Source: Deltaproteobacteria bacterium
GTDB taxonomy: Bacteria > Myxococcota_A > Polyangia > JAAYKL01
Assembly (NCBI GenBank): GCA_016937015.1
Contig: JAFGWT010000062.1
Location: 2,609 to 66,608, forward strand
Direction of reading: 5' to 3'
Length of the DNA: 64,000 nucleotides
Under the pieces are notes generated by a model, which saw only the letters and a list, made by a program, of their open reading frames with translations, made no database searches and was not told where the DNA came from. Shown piece by piece: positions 56,841-64,000 of the stretch. The stretch's first letter is position 1. Every line of letters starts with the position of its first letter. A program made the position numbers and the translations under genes.

Positions 56841-57103
56841 TTTTTCTCTCCATCAGATGCGGGATTCTTCTGAATCGACAATTTACCAATCGACAGTCTG
56901 CCGTCAAGTTGCTCCATGGCGGCTGCCGCAGCGCGTTTATTTTCTTCCATAATCTCCATGTGTATTTCCATCCGGTTCACCGGAATATTTCGCGGTGTAT
57001 CGATGGCCAGTCTTACGTTTCTCCCTCGAATTTCCTTCACTGTCACAACAATGTCATTACCAATAACGATACTTTCGCCCTTTTTTCTGCTTAAAACTAA
57101 CAT
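56837..57103 (-). CDS. csrA: Carbon storage regulator CsrA
   Basis: 'MLVLSRKKGESIVIGNDIVVTVKEIRGRNVRLAIDTPRNIPVNR' is the near-canonical CsrA fold sequence. Confidence 0.9.
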   Translation of the reverse strand: MLVLSRKKGESIVIGNDIVVTVKEIRGRNVRLAIDTPRNIPVNRMEIHMEIMEENKRAAAAAMEQLDGRLSIGKLSIQKNPASDGEKK

Positions 57104-57135
57104 ACGCCTTATGCCTTCCTGGCTTTGCGCAGCGG

Positions 57136-58014
57136 CTACAGGTGGGTAAGCAATGTGTTGTCCGTCACCTTTCTGGCAACACTCATTGCTTCCTGCAACG
57201 CGCTGGCGGTTTCGTTCAATCTCATGAATGTATCTACCGGGTCAATATCGATCACAGAAGATTCCTCTTTCGTCAAGCTATCTTCCAAAGTCTGACGCAC
57301 ATTTTCCGAAACGTCCAGGCGATTTAATTTCAATCCCACATCAGTTCGCACATTGGTGACCTGAGCAATGCAGGTATCCAGCGTTCCGATGGCCGTTTGG
57401 ATGCCCACATCGTCATCAGCCAGAAGCGCTGTCCGAAGCGCCTCCAGTTCCGCAAAAACGTCGATGCCGCCAACCAAAGTGAATGCGTTTTCTCCTGAAA
57501 CACCCACCTCCGCGCGGCTGGATGGCCCTACATCGACTTCCTTTATATTGCTGTCACCAACATAGGTGCCATCGGGCAAAAACGGCCGGGTATCGGTCAT
57601 AAAACCGGCAAAAATAAATTCCCCTGCGGCCTCAGTGTTCGCCACGGTCAGCATCGATTCATACAGACTCTCCACTTCCTGCGCACTGATTGTCCGCTCC
57701 GGCGGCGCTGTCAGTTCATTTCCCATGGCCAATGCGATTTCCTTGGCGCGTATCAGCAGATTGGTGGCTTCTTCCAGCGCGGTATCCGCTGTATCAAGCT
57801 GTGTTTTTGAACGGGTGATATTTGTCTCATAATGAAGCGTCGCCTGTTTGGCCTCTCTAAGCATTCGCACTCGCTCTGCGCTGACCGGGTCTGTATCAAT
57901 GCCCTGAAATTTCTTTCCGGTCGCTGACTGCTCCTGAAGTTCAAACAGATTGCTGCGCTGCCCCGCCACGTCCCGTGTTCCCCGTCTGTAAATCATCTGG
58001 TCAGTGATTCTCAT
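57136..58014 (-). CDS. flgL: Flagellar hook-associated protein 3 FlgL
   Basis: 'MRITDQMIYRRGTRDVAGQRSNLFELQEQSATGKKF' N-terminus and flagellin-like N/C helices. The ORF-track start at 58035 would overlap flgK. Confidence 0.85.
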   Translation of the reverse strand: MRITDQMIYRRGTRDVAGQRSNLFELQEQSATGKKFQGIDTDPVSAERVRMLREAKQATLHYETNITRSKTQLDTADTALEEATNLLIRAKEIALAMGNELTAPPERTISAQEVESLYESMLTVANTEAAGEFIFAGFMTDTRPFLPDGTYVGDSNIKEVDVGPSSRAEVGVSGENAFTLVGGIDVFAELEALRTALLADDDVGIQTAIGTLDTCIAQVTNVRTDVGLKLNRLDVSENVRQTLEDSLTKEESSVIDIDPVDTFMRLNETASALQEAMSVARKVTDNTLLTHL

Positions 58015-58027
58015 CGCACATCTCCCG

Positions 58028-59428
58028 TTACGCACCCATACTCAAAATGGTCTGGATCATCTGATCCGTGGTGGTGATGATTCTGGCTGACGCCTGGTAT
58101 GCCCGCTGGTATGCGAGCATGAAAGTCAACTCCTCATCCATTGCAACGCCGGACGCCGAATCGCGAATCGTTTCCACATTCGCAATGGTGTTCTGGGTCA
58201 CTTTGGTGGAATCGTTCGCTCGTCTGGCATCCACCCCCACCTGTCCCACAATATTGGCATATGCTTCATTGAAGGTAAGGGTGCCACCGGACGCAAGTAA
58301 CAGCTCCGGAATATTGGCCATGGCAATGGCGTTCACGTTATCGCCCGAAGCGCCGGTCGCTGCGCCCGCCGCCGCGAGGTTCTCCGGAATGCCATCCACG
58401 TCTGCTGAAAGTGCCATATTCTGTGCGGCGTTGGCAACCACACCACCCAGATCCGCGAAGAAGTTGCGTCCGCCAACCGCGTCAAGACCGAACCCCGCTG
58501 CGTGCTGTGCATTGAAAGCCACTGTAATATCGTACGCCAACTGATCGAATTCCGTCTGATATACAGGAATAATATTATCACGCAGGTCGATGGTTCCGCC
58601 CATGCGGGAGCCGACGAGTCGATTGGTAATATTTGTTGTGGCGCCATTGGATGAGACATACTCCACCTGCGCGGTGCCCGGAGCGGCCGTCGGACTGACG
58701 TACAGGGTTGAAAAGCCGTTGTCTTCAACCAGCGGCATTCCGCCTTCGAGAAAAACAGTGTATTGCCCATCATTATTCTCGATATAATTTACATGCACGT
58801 GTTCAGACAGTTCCAGCACGAGTCGGTCTCTGGTATCCTGATTATCCGACGCATCGTGCCCCAGCGCCAGTTGCATTGAAATCTGTTTATTCAGCTCAGC
58901 GATCTCCTCCACACGTGAATTCACCTCCGAAGCGCTGGTCCGCAATAAATCGTCAAGGCCACGCCGCACCCCTTCCATTTCGGTGGATACCCGATCAAAG
59001 GTTTCGGTCAGTTCCTCGCCACGAACCAGCACCTCCATGCGCGATGTTAAATCCGACGGATTTGATTCCAGAGTGCGAAGTGCTCCAAAGAAATTGTCCA
59101 GCGCCGCCCCCAACCCGGTATCCTGAAGGTCGTTGAAGAGATCACTCACATGCTCAAGGATTTCTGACTGCTGTTTGAAAAAGCCAAGACTGCTCTCTTC
59201 CTCGATTAGACGAGCCGAAGCAAATTCATCAACGTATCGAACAATACCCTGTACGTCCACCCCGCCCCAGTCGCCCTGCGCCTCCAGCATCAGCTGCTTG
59301 CGGCTATACCCTTCGGTATTTACATTGGCGACGTTCTGCCCGACCACATTAATCCCCACCTGCTGACTCATGAGCGATTGTCGCGCGATGTGGAGATTAC
59401 CGATAATATTGCTCGTTAACACTGTCAT
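58028..59428 (-). CDS. flgK: Flagellar hook-associated protein 1 FlgK
   Basis: 'LHIARQSLMSQQVGINVVGQNVANVNTEGYSRKQLML' N-terminus and FlgK-like C-terminal helix. Confidence 0.9.
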   Translation of the reverse strand: MTVLTSNIIGNLHIARQSLMSQQVGINVVGQNVANVNTEGYSRKQLMLEAQGDWGGVDVQGIVRYVDEFASARLIEEESSLGFFKQQSEILEHVSDLFNDLQDTGLGAALDNFFGALRTLESNPSDLTSRMEVLVRGEELTETFDRVSTEMEGVRRGLDDLLRTSASEVNSRVEEIAELNKQISMQLALGHDASDNQDTRDRLVLELSEHVHVNYIENNDGQYTVFLEGGMPLVEDNGFSTLYVSPTAAPGTAQVEYVSSNGATTNITNRLVGSRMGGTIDLRDNIIPVYQTEFDQLAYDITVAFNAQHAAGFGLDAVGGRNFFADLGGVVANAAQNMALSADVDGIPENLAAAGAATGASGDNVNAIAMANIPELLLASGGTLTFNEAYANIVGQVGVDARRANDSTKVTQNTIANVETIRDSASGVAMDEELTFMLAYQRAYQASARIITTTDQMIQTILSMGA

Positions 59429-59437
59429 TGCAGCCTC

Positions 59438-59857
59438 TTACGCTATAATCTCCCGACGGGTAACAGGAGAGCGCATTTTTGCCGGTCGGTTCATGTATCC
59501 ATGCTGACCGTATGTTTGCGTTTGCCCGTTCATTTTAATCATCAGTGATAAAATGCCGGTGTAATACTGATGCATATGTTCAATCAGCAGATGATTTGAA
59601 TTTGCCAGGTCACGTACCTGCCGGCCAAGCCTGCGAATTTCCATCGCCAGATCGGTTTTTGGCGTTTTCAAACCCTCAAGCATGGTTGAAATTCGAAGTT
59701 TTTCCTCGGCCAGTTCTCCAACCAGTCTGGCGTCCCCTTTAAGAAGTGCGGTATTTTCCTTTTCCAGCACTGCCCGCATCTCCTGCAGCACCTGAATCAT
59801 AAGGCGCTCCTCAGTTTCAGCGCCGACGTTATTGGTGGTCGAAATACTTTCCATCAT
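59438..59857 (-). CDS. flgN: FlgN-like flagellar export chaperone
   Basis: 139-aa helical protein between flgM and flgK, the usual FlgN position. Weak sequence signature only. Confidence 0.5.
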   Translation of the reverse strand: MMESISTTNNVGAETEERLMIQVLQEMRAVLEKENTALLKGDARLVGELAEEKLRISTMLEGLKTPKTDLAMEIRRLGRQVRDLANSNHLLIEHMHQYYTGILSLMIKMNGQTQTYGQHGYMNRPAKMRSPVTRREIIA

Positions 59858-60155
59858 TTGCTCCGTCTGTCAGATAGGTGGCTTTAAATACGCGCTTCAA
59901 TTCCTTTTCGAGCATCTTTTTACTCGTTTCATACGGATCGGGCATGGGGCCATCGGCAGTTGTCTGAACCTGTTCCACAGCTTCAACCTGTTCCGTATGG
60001 GCTGCTGCCTGCGCGGCATCACTGAGTTCGACGGAATCAACATAGTCCACACTCTCCACTTTCCGTGTATTGGAAGACTGTGTCGAACCGTATTTTTTTT
60101 GGGCGCCACCGGTCTTGGATACTGATGAGCCACTTCCTGTTTTTGATACCTTCAC
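59829..60155 (-). CDS. flgM: Anti-sigma-28 factor FlgM
   Basis: ~100-aa disordered Ser/Thr/Gln-rich protein with a C-terminal 'VDSVELSDAAQAA' helix typical of FlgM. GGAGG RBS before a GTG start. Confidence 0.65.
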   Translation of the reverse strand: MKVSKTGSGSSVSKTGGAQKKYGSTQSSNTRKVESVDYVDSVELSDAAQAAAHTEQVEAVEQVQTTADGPMPDPYETSKKMLEKELKRVFKATYLTDGANDGKYFDHQ

Positions 60156-60193
60156 CTTGCACCTCCAGAGGTCTGCAAAAGGGTCTATCGTCT

Positions 60194-61300
60194 CTATTGA
60201 TTAATGTCGGTACTTACATTAAATCCTTGAGAAAATCCGCGAGACGAATCAGGTTTATCTGTAATACTCGCGCCCGGCCGATGACTGCCAACCGTCACGT
60301 AGCCCTGTTCCGCCGCACTGGCCTTTTTGGGTTCCAGAACTTCAATTCGCGCAAGCCCTCCCCGTCCGTTGCCCGCAACACCTTCCACACGCCACATTCG
60401 CCTGCCGTACGACGCGCCGTTACCAGTCGCTTCCCACCCCGAATACTCAAGCGCAACAATATCACCGTCGCCATTTCGCTGAACGCGATGAATCCGATCC
60501 GCCACAGCCATGTGGCCCACTTTGTCACCGGCGCCACTGCCGGCCAAAAGCAATGGGACGCCGGCGTATGCCTTGCCATCCATTTGGTCCTTAGACATAT
60601 CTGTAATCACGCTGGCCCAGCTGCCGACCTTGCCCTTTTCGGCCATTTGGGTAGTCGTATCCGCCCCCATAAATCCCCAACCGTGACTTCTGGCGGTGAT
60701 CGGCACGGTGTATCCCCCTCGTCGCAACATTTCGAACGCAAAAAGATTACATTTGGGAAAGCCTTCGTATCCGTTGGCATCATTCACATTGAATGCTGCA
60801 ATACCATCCGCTTCCCTTGTTGCGATGTCCGCGCCCAAATCCATGGGCGTAAGGGCGCCATCTTTGGACCATCGGGATGCGGAGACATCATCAACAAATG
60901 ACATGGCCGTCTGATACAGCGCCGCGTTTGAGGGTGGTGCACCGGTTTTCTGCGCAACGGCGCGATACGTTTCCATGGCGCCGGCTGCGCCAATCCCTCG
61001 CAATCCAGGTGATGCGACATCGCCGGCATTGTTACTTCCCGAAACCCCACCCAGCGCCTGTTGCAGCATGTCTGCGATTCCAAGATGCCCGCCCGCCTGT
61101 TCCGCCAACACGGACGCATACATGTCCTGATACATTTCGGACTGAAAACTGCTGCCAAACAATTCCGATTTGCCCACCGACTCCGTCATGCTTTTCATCA
61201 ACTCTTTGAAAAGCATCGACTCCATGGCGCCGGCAGCCTCTTTAATGTTTGTTATCTGCGGGGTATTGTTAAACCCTGCACCTATGGCGCCAACTGGCAT
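60194..61300 (-). CDS. flgJ: FlgJ-like rod-binding protein fused to a C-terminal CHAP/NlpC-P60-like cysteine peptidase domain
   Basis: N-terminal Rod_binding motif ('AMESMLFKELMKSMTES...'). C-terminal domain carries a candidate Cys/His pair ('FPKCNLFAFEMLRRGGY' ... 'VGHMAVADRI') instead of a GH73 glucosaminidase. Confidence 0.65.
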   Translation of the reverse strand: MPVGAIGAGFNNTPQITNIKEAAGAMESMLFKELMKSMTESVGKSELFGSSFQSEMYQDMYASVLAEQAGGHLGIADMLQQALGGVSGSNNAGDVASPGLRGIGAAGAMETYRAVAQKTGAPPSNAALYQTAMSFVDDVSASRWSKDGALTPMDLGADIATREADGIAAFNVNDANGYEGFPKCNLFAFEMLRRGGYTVPITARSHGWGFMGADTTTQMAEKGKVGSWASVITDMSKDQMDGKAYAGVPLLLAGSGAGDKVGHMAVADRIHRVQRNGDGDIVALEYSGWEATGNGASYGRRMWRVEGVAGNGRGGLARIEVLEPKKASAAEQGYVTVGSHRPGASITDKPDSSRGFSQGFNVSTDINQ

Positions 61301-62421
61301 TACTGCACCTCAATTTCGGCATTTATTGCGCCAGCCGATTTCAAAGACTGAAAAATAATGATCATATCCGCCGGCTTTACACCAAGCGTATTTAGGGCAT
61401 TGACCAAATCACCAACAGATGTGGTCTCGGGAACATAGTGCAAATCACCAGGGGCGAATGTAACATTCACATCCGTGTTTTCAACTTCAACTGTCTGACC
61501 GCCCGCCAACGGCGCGTTTGGCTGGACCACTTCCTTTTCGTCCGTTATTTCCACTGTCAGACCGCCGTGGGCAATCGCAGCTGGACGCAATCGGACTTCG
61601 GAACCCGCCACAACGGTTCCCGTTCGCTCGTTAATAACGATTTTGGCGAGCCCTTCCACCCGAACATCCACATTGCCAATCGCCGCAATCAATCCGACGG
61701 TGTTGCGATGGTATTCCGAAGGCACCTTCACTGTTATATTTCCGGCATCATGCGCCGTGGCATACTGTCCCTTAAGCACTTCATTAATTTTTACCACCGC
61801 ATCAGCAGCCACGAGAAAACTGGGCGATTTCAATGCAAAGCGGATAACATCCTCTCTGGCAAACGAGCTGCGAATCTCACGTTCAATCAGGGCCCCACCG
61901 GGCACACGGCCGGCAGTGGGATGATTCGCTGTGGTACTGCTGCCGCCACTGGAAGCGGATACGCCCCCTACGCTAATCGGTCCCTGCGCCACCGCGTAAA
62001 TCTGACGATCCGCGCCTCTAAGCGGCGTTTGAATCAGAGTGCCACCTCGCAGACTTTTGGAATCCCCAAGGGAGGACACCGTGACATCGAGTTTCTGCCC
62101 CATTGCGGCAAACGCTGGAATTTCCGCTGTGACAATTACTGCCGCCACATTCTTTATCTTCATCGTATCAGGGTTCACACGAACTCCCAGGCGGCGAAGC
62201 ATCGCTGCAACCGATTGCAGGGTAAATTCCGCTTTGGCGCCGTCGCCAGTGCCGTTCAATCCAACAACAATTCCATATCCCACTAACTGATTGGGTCTTG
62301 CGCCAACGAGGTCAGTCATATGCTTAAAGGAATCCGCATGAGCAGCGCCTGCTGAACACATGGCAGCTGCGACAATTATAGCCATTAATAATCCCTTTAA
62401 CCGTTGCATCTGTGCTGCCAT
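61300..62421 (-). CDS. flgI: Flagellar P-ring protein FlgI
   Basis: Signal peptide and 'GYGIVVGLNGTGD' motif. Confidence 0.9.
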   Translation of the reverse strand: MAAQMQRLKGLLMAIIVAAAMCSAGAAHADSFKHMTDLVGARPNQLVGYGIVVGLNGTGDGAKAEFTLQSVAAMLRRLGVRVNPDTMKIKNVAAVIVTAEIPAFAAMGQKLDVTVSSLGDSKSLRGGTLIQTPLRGADRQIYAVAQGPISVGGVSASSGGSSTTANHPTAGRVPGGALIEREIRSSFAREDVIRFALKSPSFLVAADAVVKINEVLKGQYATAHDAGNITVKVPSEYHRNTVGLIAAIGNVDVRVEGLAKIVINERTGTVVAGSEVRLRPAAIAHGGLTVEITDEKEVVQPNAPLAGGQTVEVENTDVNVTFAPGDLHYVPETTSVGDLVNALNTLGVKPADMIIIFQSLKSAGAINAEIEVQ

Positions 62422-62427
62422 TCCTTT

Positions 62428-63267
62428 CTAAATCGGGCTGTACTTGTCGGCCAGTTGCTGAAGCCATCCAGGTGATTGCTTGTCGGAAATAACGCCTCGC
62501 CCGGAGAATTCAACCTGTGCGTCTGCGATTAACGATGACAACACGGAGTTGTCCGGACGCACGTCACTCTGTCGAATTGCGCCACTCACGTAAAAATGCA
62601 GTTCTTCAGCATTTATTAATATGACCTTGTGTCCTTCGACAAACAGATCGCCATTGGGCAATACTTTCTTCACTCGAACGGCTATTCGGCCTTCCAACTG
62701 GCTCGCACGGGAGGTGCTTCCATCCCCAGAGAAATCGCTGCTGCTCATCAATCCGATCAGTTTTTCAGATTCAATGTCCGGATACGCTTCGACGAGCGCA
62801 GTCATCAGTCCAAAGAATTTACTCATTCCCGCATCCATCGATGACTGGTCATTCAGCGTTGTACTGGCATCTCCGGACCCTTTTTGCTTTTCGTCTATCA
62901 CCACCGTCAGAATGTCCCCAATCCGTGATGCGCGAAGATCTTCAAAAAGACTGGGGCTGGAATCAGACCAGATGGATCCGGTCTGATCGGGCCGGGCAAC
63001 CTGCACTTCTTCGTATTCCTTAGGGTCGTACATTCTCTCTCTCGGCGTATAGGCACGGATATGACGAGGCTCGCATCCGGCAAGCAGGAGCGCCATTACG
63101 CCAGTAATTGTAAAAACAAATCGTGCATTTCTGCCGCACCGAAATAGCACTCCCCCCGTTAAAAAGAGGTAATTCTGAGAAACCTCCCCCTTTTCCAAAG
63201 GGGGCAAGGGGGATTTTCGTCTGGGAAATCGTGCCGTCAAATCCATTTTTCGGTAACAACCTTTCAT
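62428..63267 (-). CDS. flgH: Flagellar L-ring lipoprotein FlgH
   Basis: Lipobox 'LLLAGC' and FlgH-like core ('IGDILTVVIDEK', 'GNGDLFVEGHKVI'). Confidence 0.9.
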   Translation of the reverse strand: MKGCYRKMDLTARFPRRKSPLPPLEKGEVSQNYLFLTGGVLFRCGRNARFVFTITGVMALLLAGCEPRHIRAYTPRERMYDPKEYEEVQVARPDQTGSIWSDSSPSLFEDLRASRIGDILTVVIDEKQKGSGDASTTLNDQSSMDAGMSKFFGLMTALVEAYPDIESEKLIGLMSSSDFSGDGSTSRASQLEGRIAVRVKKVLPNGDLFVEGHKVILINAEELHFYVSGAIRQSDVRPDNSVLSSLIADAQVEFSGRGVISDKQSPGWLQQLADKYSPI

Positions 63268-63974
63268 CTTGTAACCACACCCAGTCCAGCGGCTATCACC
63301 TCTGCAAAAAGAACTTTTCCCACTGAAGGAATTTCAACAGCAATGCGTTTACCGCGCACGGCGTCCTGACGCGCAATACCCCGTGCTGAAATTCGAATTC
63401 CATTTATTTTGGAAACAACCGTAATGGCATCCCCCCGAAACACAACGGGGACTTCCGTCATATGACGGTTTTCAAAGAAATTTCCCTGGTTAATGGTCCC
63501 GAGACTCCGCTTTCCGATAATGTCCTCAGCGCTCAGTATTGCGTTACGGTGGGAAGTATCCATTTTTACCCGTTTCATCTCAATCGCGTCTGGCAGTATT
63601 ATCTCGTTGCGCTGAATGTCTCGGGACGCCACTGGTACATCCACCATGTATGACATGCGGCATAGTATAAAAGCCTTTCGAAAAGGCACCCCTTCTTCCA
63701 AAAAAACAACGGTTACGTTTCGCGTGCGGGCGGCGCCAATACTCTCATCGTACAAAGCCCTTGCTTCCCACGGTCCGGTTGGCGTTTGCCCTGCTGTGAC
63801 TTTACCCATTTCGTCCAGTACGACGCCATCGGGCAACACATCAATTATTGCTTTTCTGGCCGCATCGGTCATCTGTTCTGCGCTGACACTGCGTGATGTA
63901 CGCAATACACGGAAGGACCGGGGCAATCGCTTTTTGCCAACTGAAAATCCTGCGGCGTCCAGTGAACGAATCAC
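63264..63974 (-). CDS. flgA: Flagellar basal-body P-ring formation chaperone FlgA
   Basis: SAF/FlgA-like C-terminal domain and position immediately upstream of flgH-flgI. GTG start overlaps the stop of an upstream minus-strand ORF (GTGA). Confidence 0.75.
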   Translation of the reverse strand: MIRSLDAAGFSVGKKRLPRSFRVLRTSRSVSAEQMTDAARKAIIDVLPDGVVLDEMGKVTAGQTPTGPWEARALYDESIGAARTRNVTVVFLEEGVPFRKAFILCRMSYMVDVPVASRDIQRNEIILPDAIEMKRVKMDTSHRNAILSAEDIIGKRSLGTINQGNFFENRHMTEVPVVFRGDAITVVSKINGIRISARGIARQDAVRGKRIAVEIPSVGKVLFAEVIAAGLGVVTR

Positions 63975-64000
63975 ATCATTGGCGTAGATGGTTGAGCGTT

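Noticed and set aside
63616-63987. 123-aa plus-strand ORF
   Set aside because: Antisense to flgA. The minus-strand reading has conserved flagellar context and a GTGA overlap with an upstream minus-strand ORF that runs off the window (likely a rod gene).

Overview
This 64-kb window looks like a chromosomal segment from a motile, Gram-negative bacterium with many sigma-54 regulators. Gene content is deltaproteobacteria-like: Cys-variant CcmE, an ablAB osmolyte operon, many sigma-54 activators, HD-GYP/GGDEF/HDOD signalling proteins, and a Bacillus-like csrA-fliW pair in the late flagellar operon. Coding density is high and I found no rRNA, tRNA, CRISPR or mobile-element signatures. Contents in order: (1) partial class-I glutamine amidotransferase; an exported Memo-like/AMMECR1 fusion (AmmeMemoRadiSam proteins B+A); a hybrid histidine kinase; a DsbA-like protein; pgk-tpiA-secG, where SecG carries a long Ala/Pro/Asp-rich tail. 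(2) A 1675-aa single polypeptide combining a Ser/Thr kinase, a STAND-type ATPase, TPR repeats, a GAF domain and a sigma-54 activator module. (3) ablA(kamA)-ablB. (4) A c-di-GMP pair (HD-GYP response regulator plus cNMP-GGDEF). (5) An ECF sigma / FecR-like anti-sigma pair followed by an operon of exported and DUF4349 lipoproteins. (6) An orphan ccmE with a CxxxY motif. (7) A candidate tailoring cluster: PNP/MTAN-family nucleosidase, SPL-family radical SAM, SDR, B12-binding radical SAM and a GT1. (8) A PAS-GGDEF-hemerythrin sensor; an FHA-PP2C phosphatase. (9) A chemotaxis cluster (cheB, cheX-like, cheY, HDOD, cheD, cheR, receiver, cheA with two Hpt domains). (10) Two further sigma-54 activators, with a triple dyad-symmetric upstream site plus a -24/-12 promoter in front of the second. 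(11) A lipoprotein GH10 xylanase with a Ser/Asp linker encoded by a GATTCA microsatellite. (12) A cobalamin-riboswitch-controlled operon: btuB, a beta-propeller lipoprotein, a TIM-barrel (CbiR-like) protein, and cobU-cobT-cobS-cobQ. (13) A multi-TM histidine kinase. (14) A late flagellar operon flgA-H-I-J(CHAP-fused)-M-N-K-L-csrA-fliW. The strongest candidates for undescribed biology are the kinase/STAND/sigma-54 megaprotein, the two-radical-SAM tailoring cluster, the beta-propeller/TIM-barrel insertions in the riboswitch-controlled B12 salvage operon, and the FlgJ-CHAP fusion.
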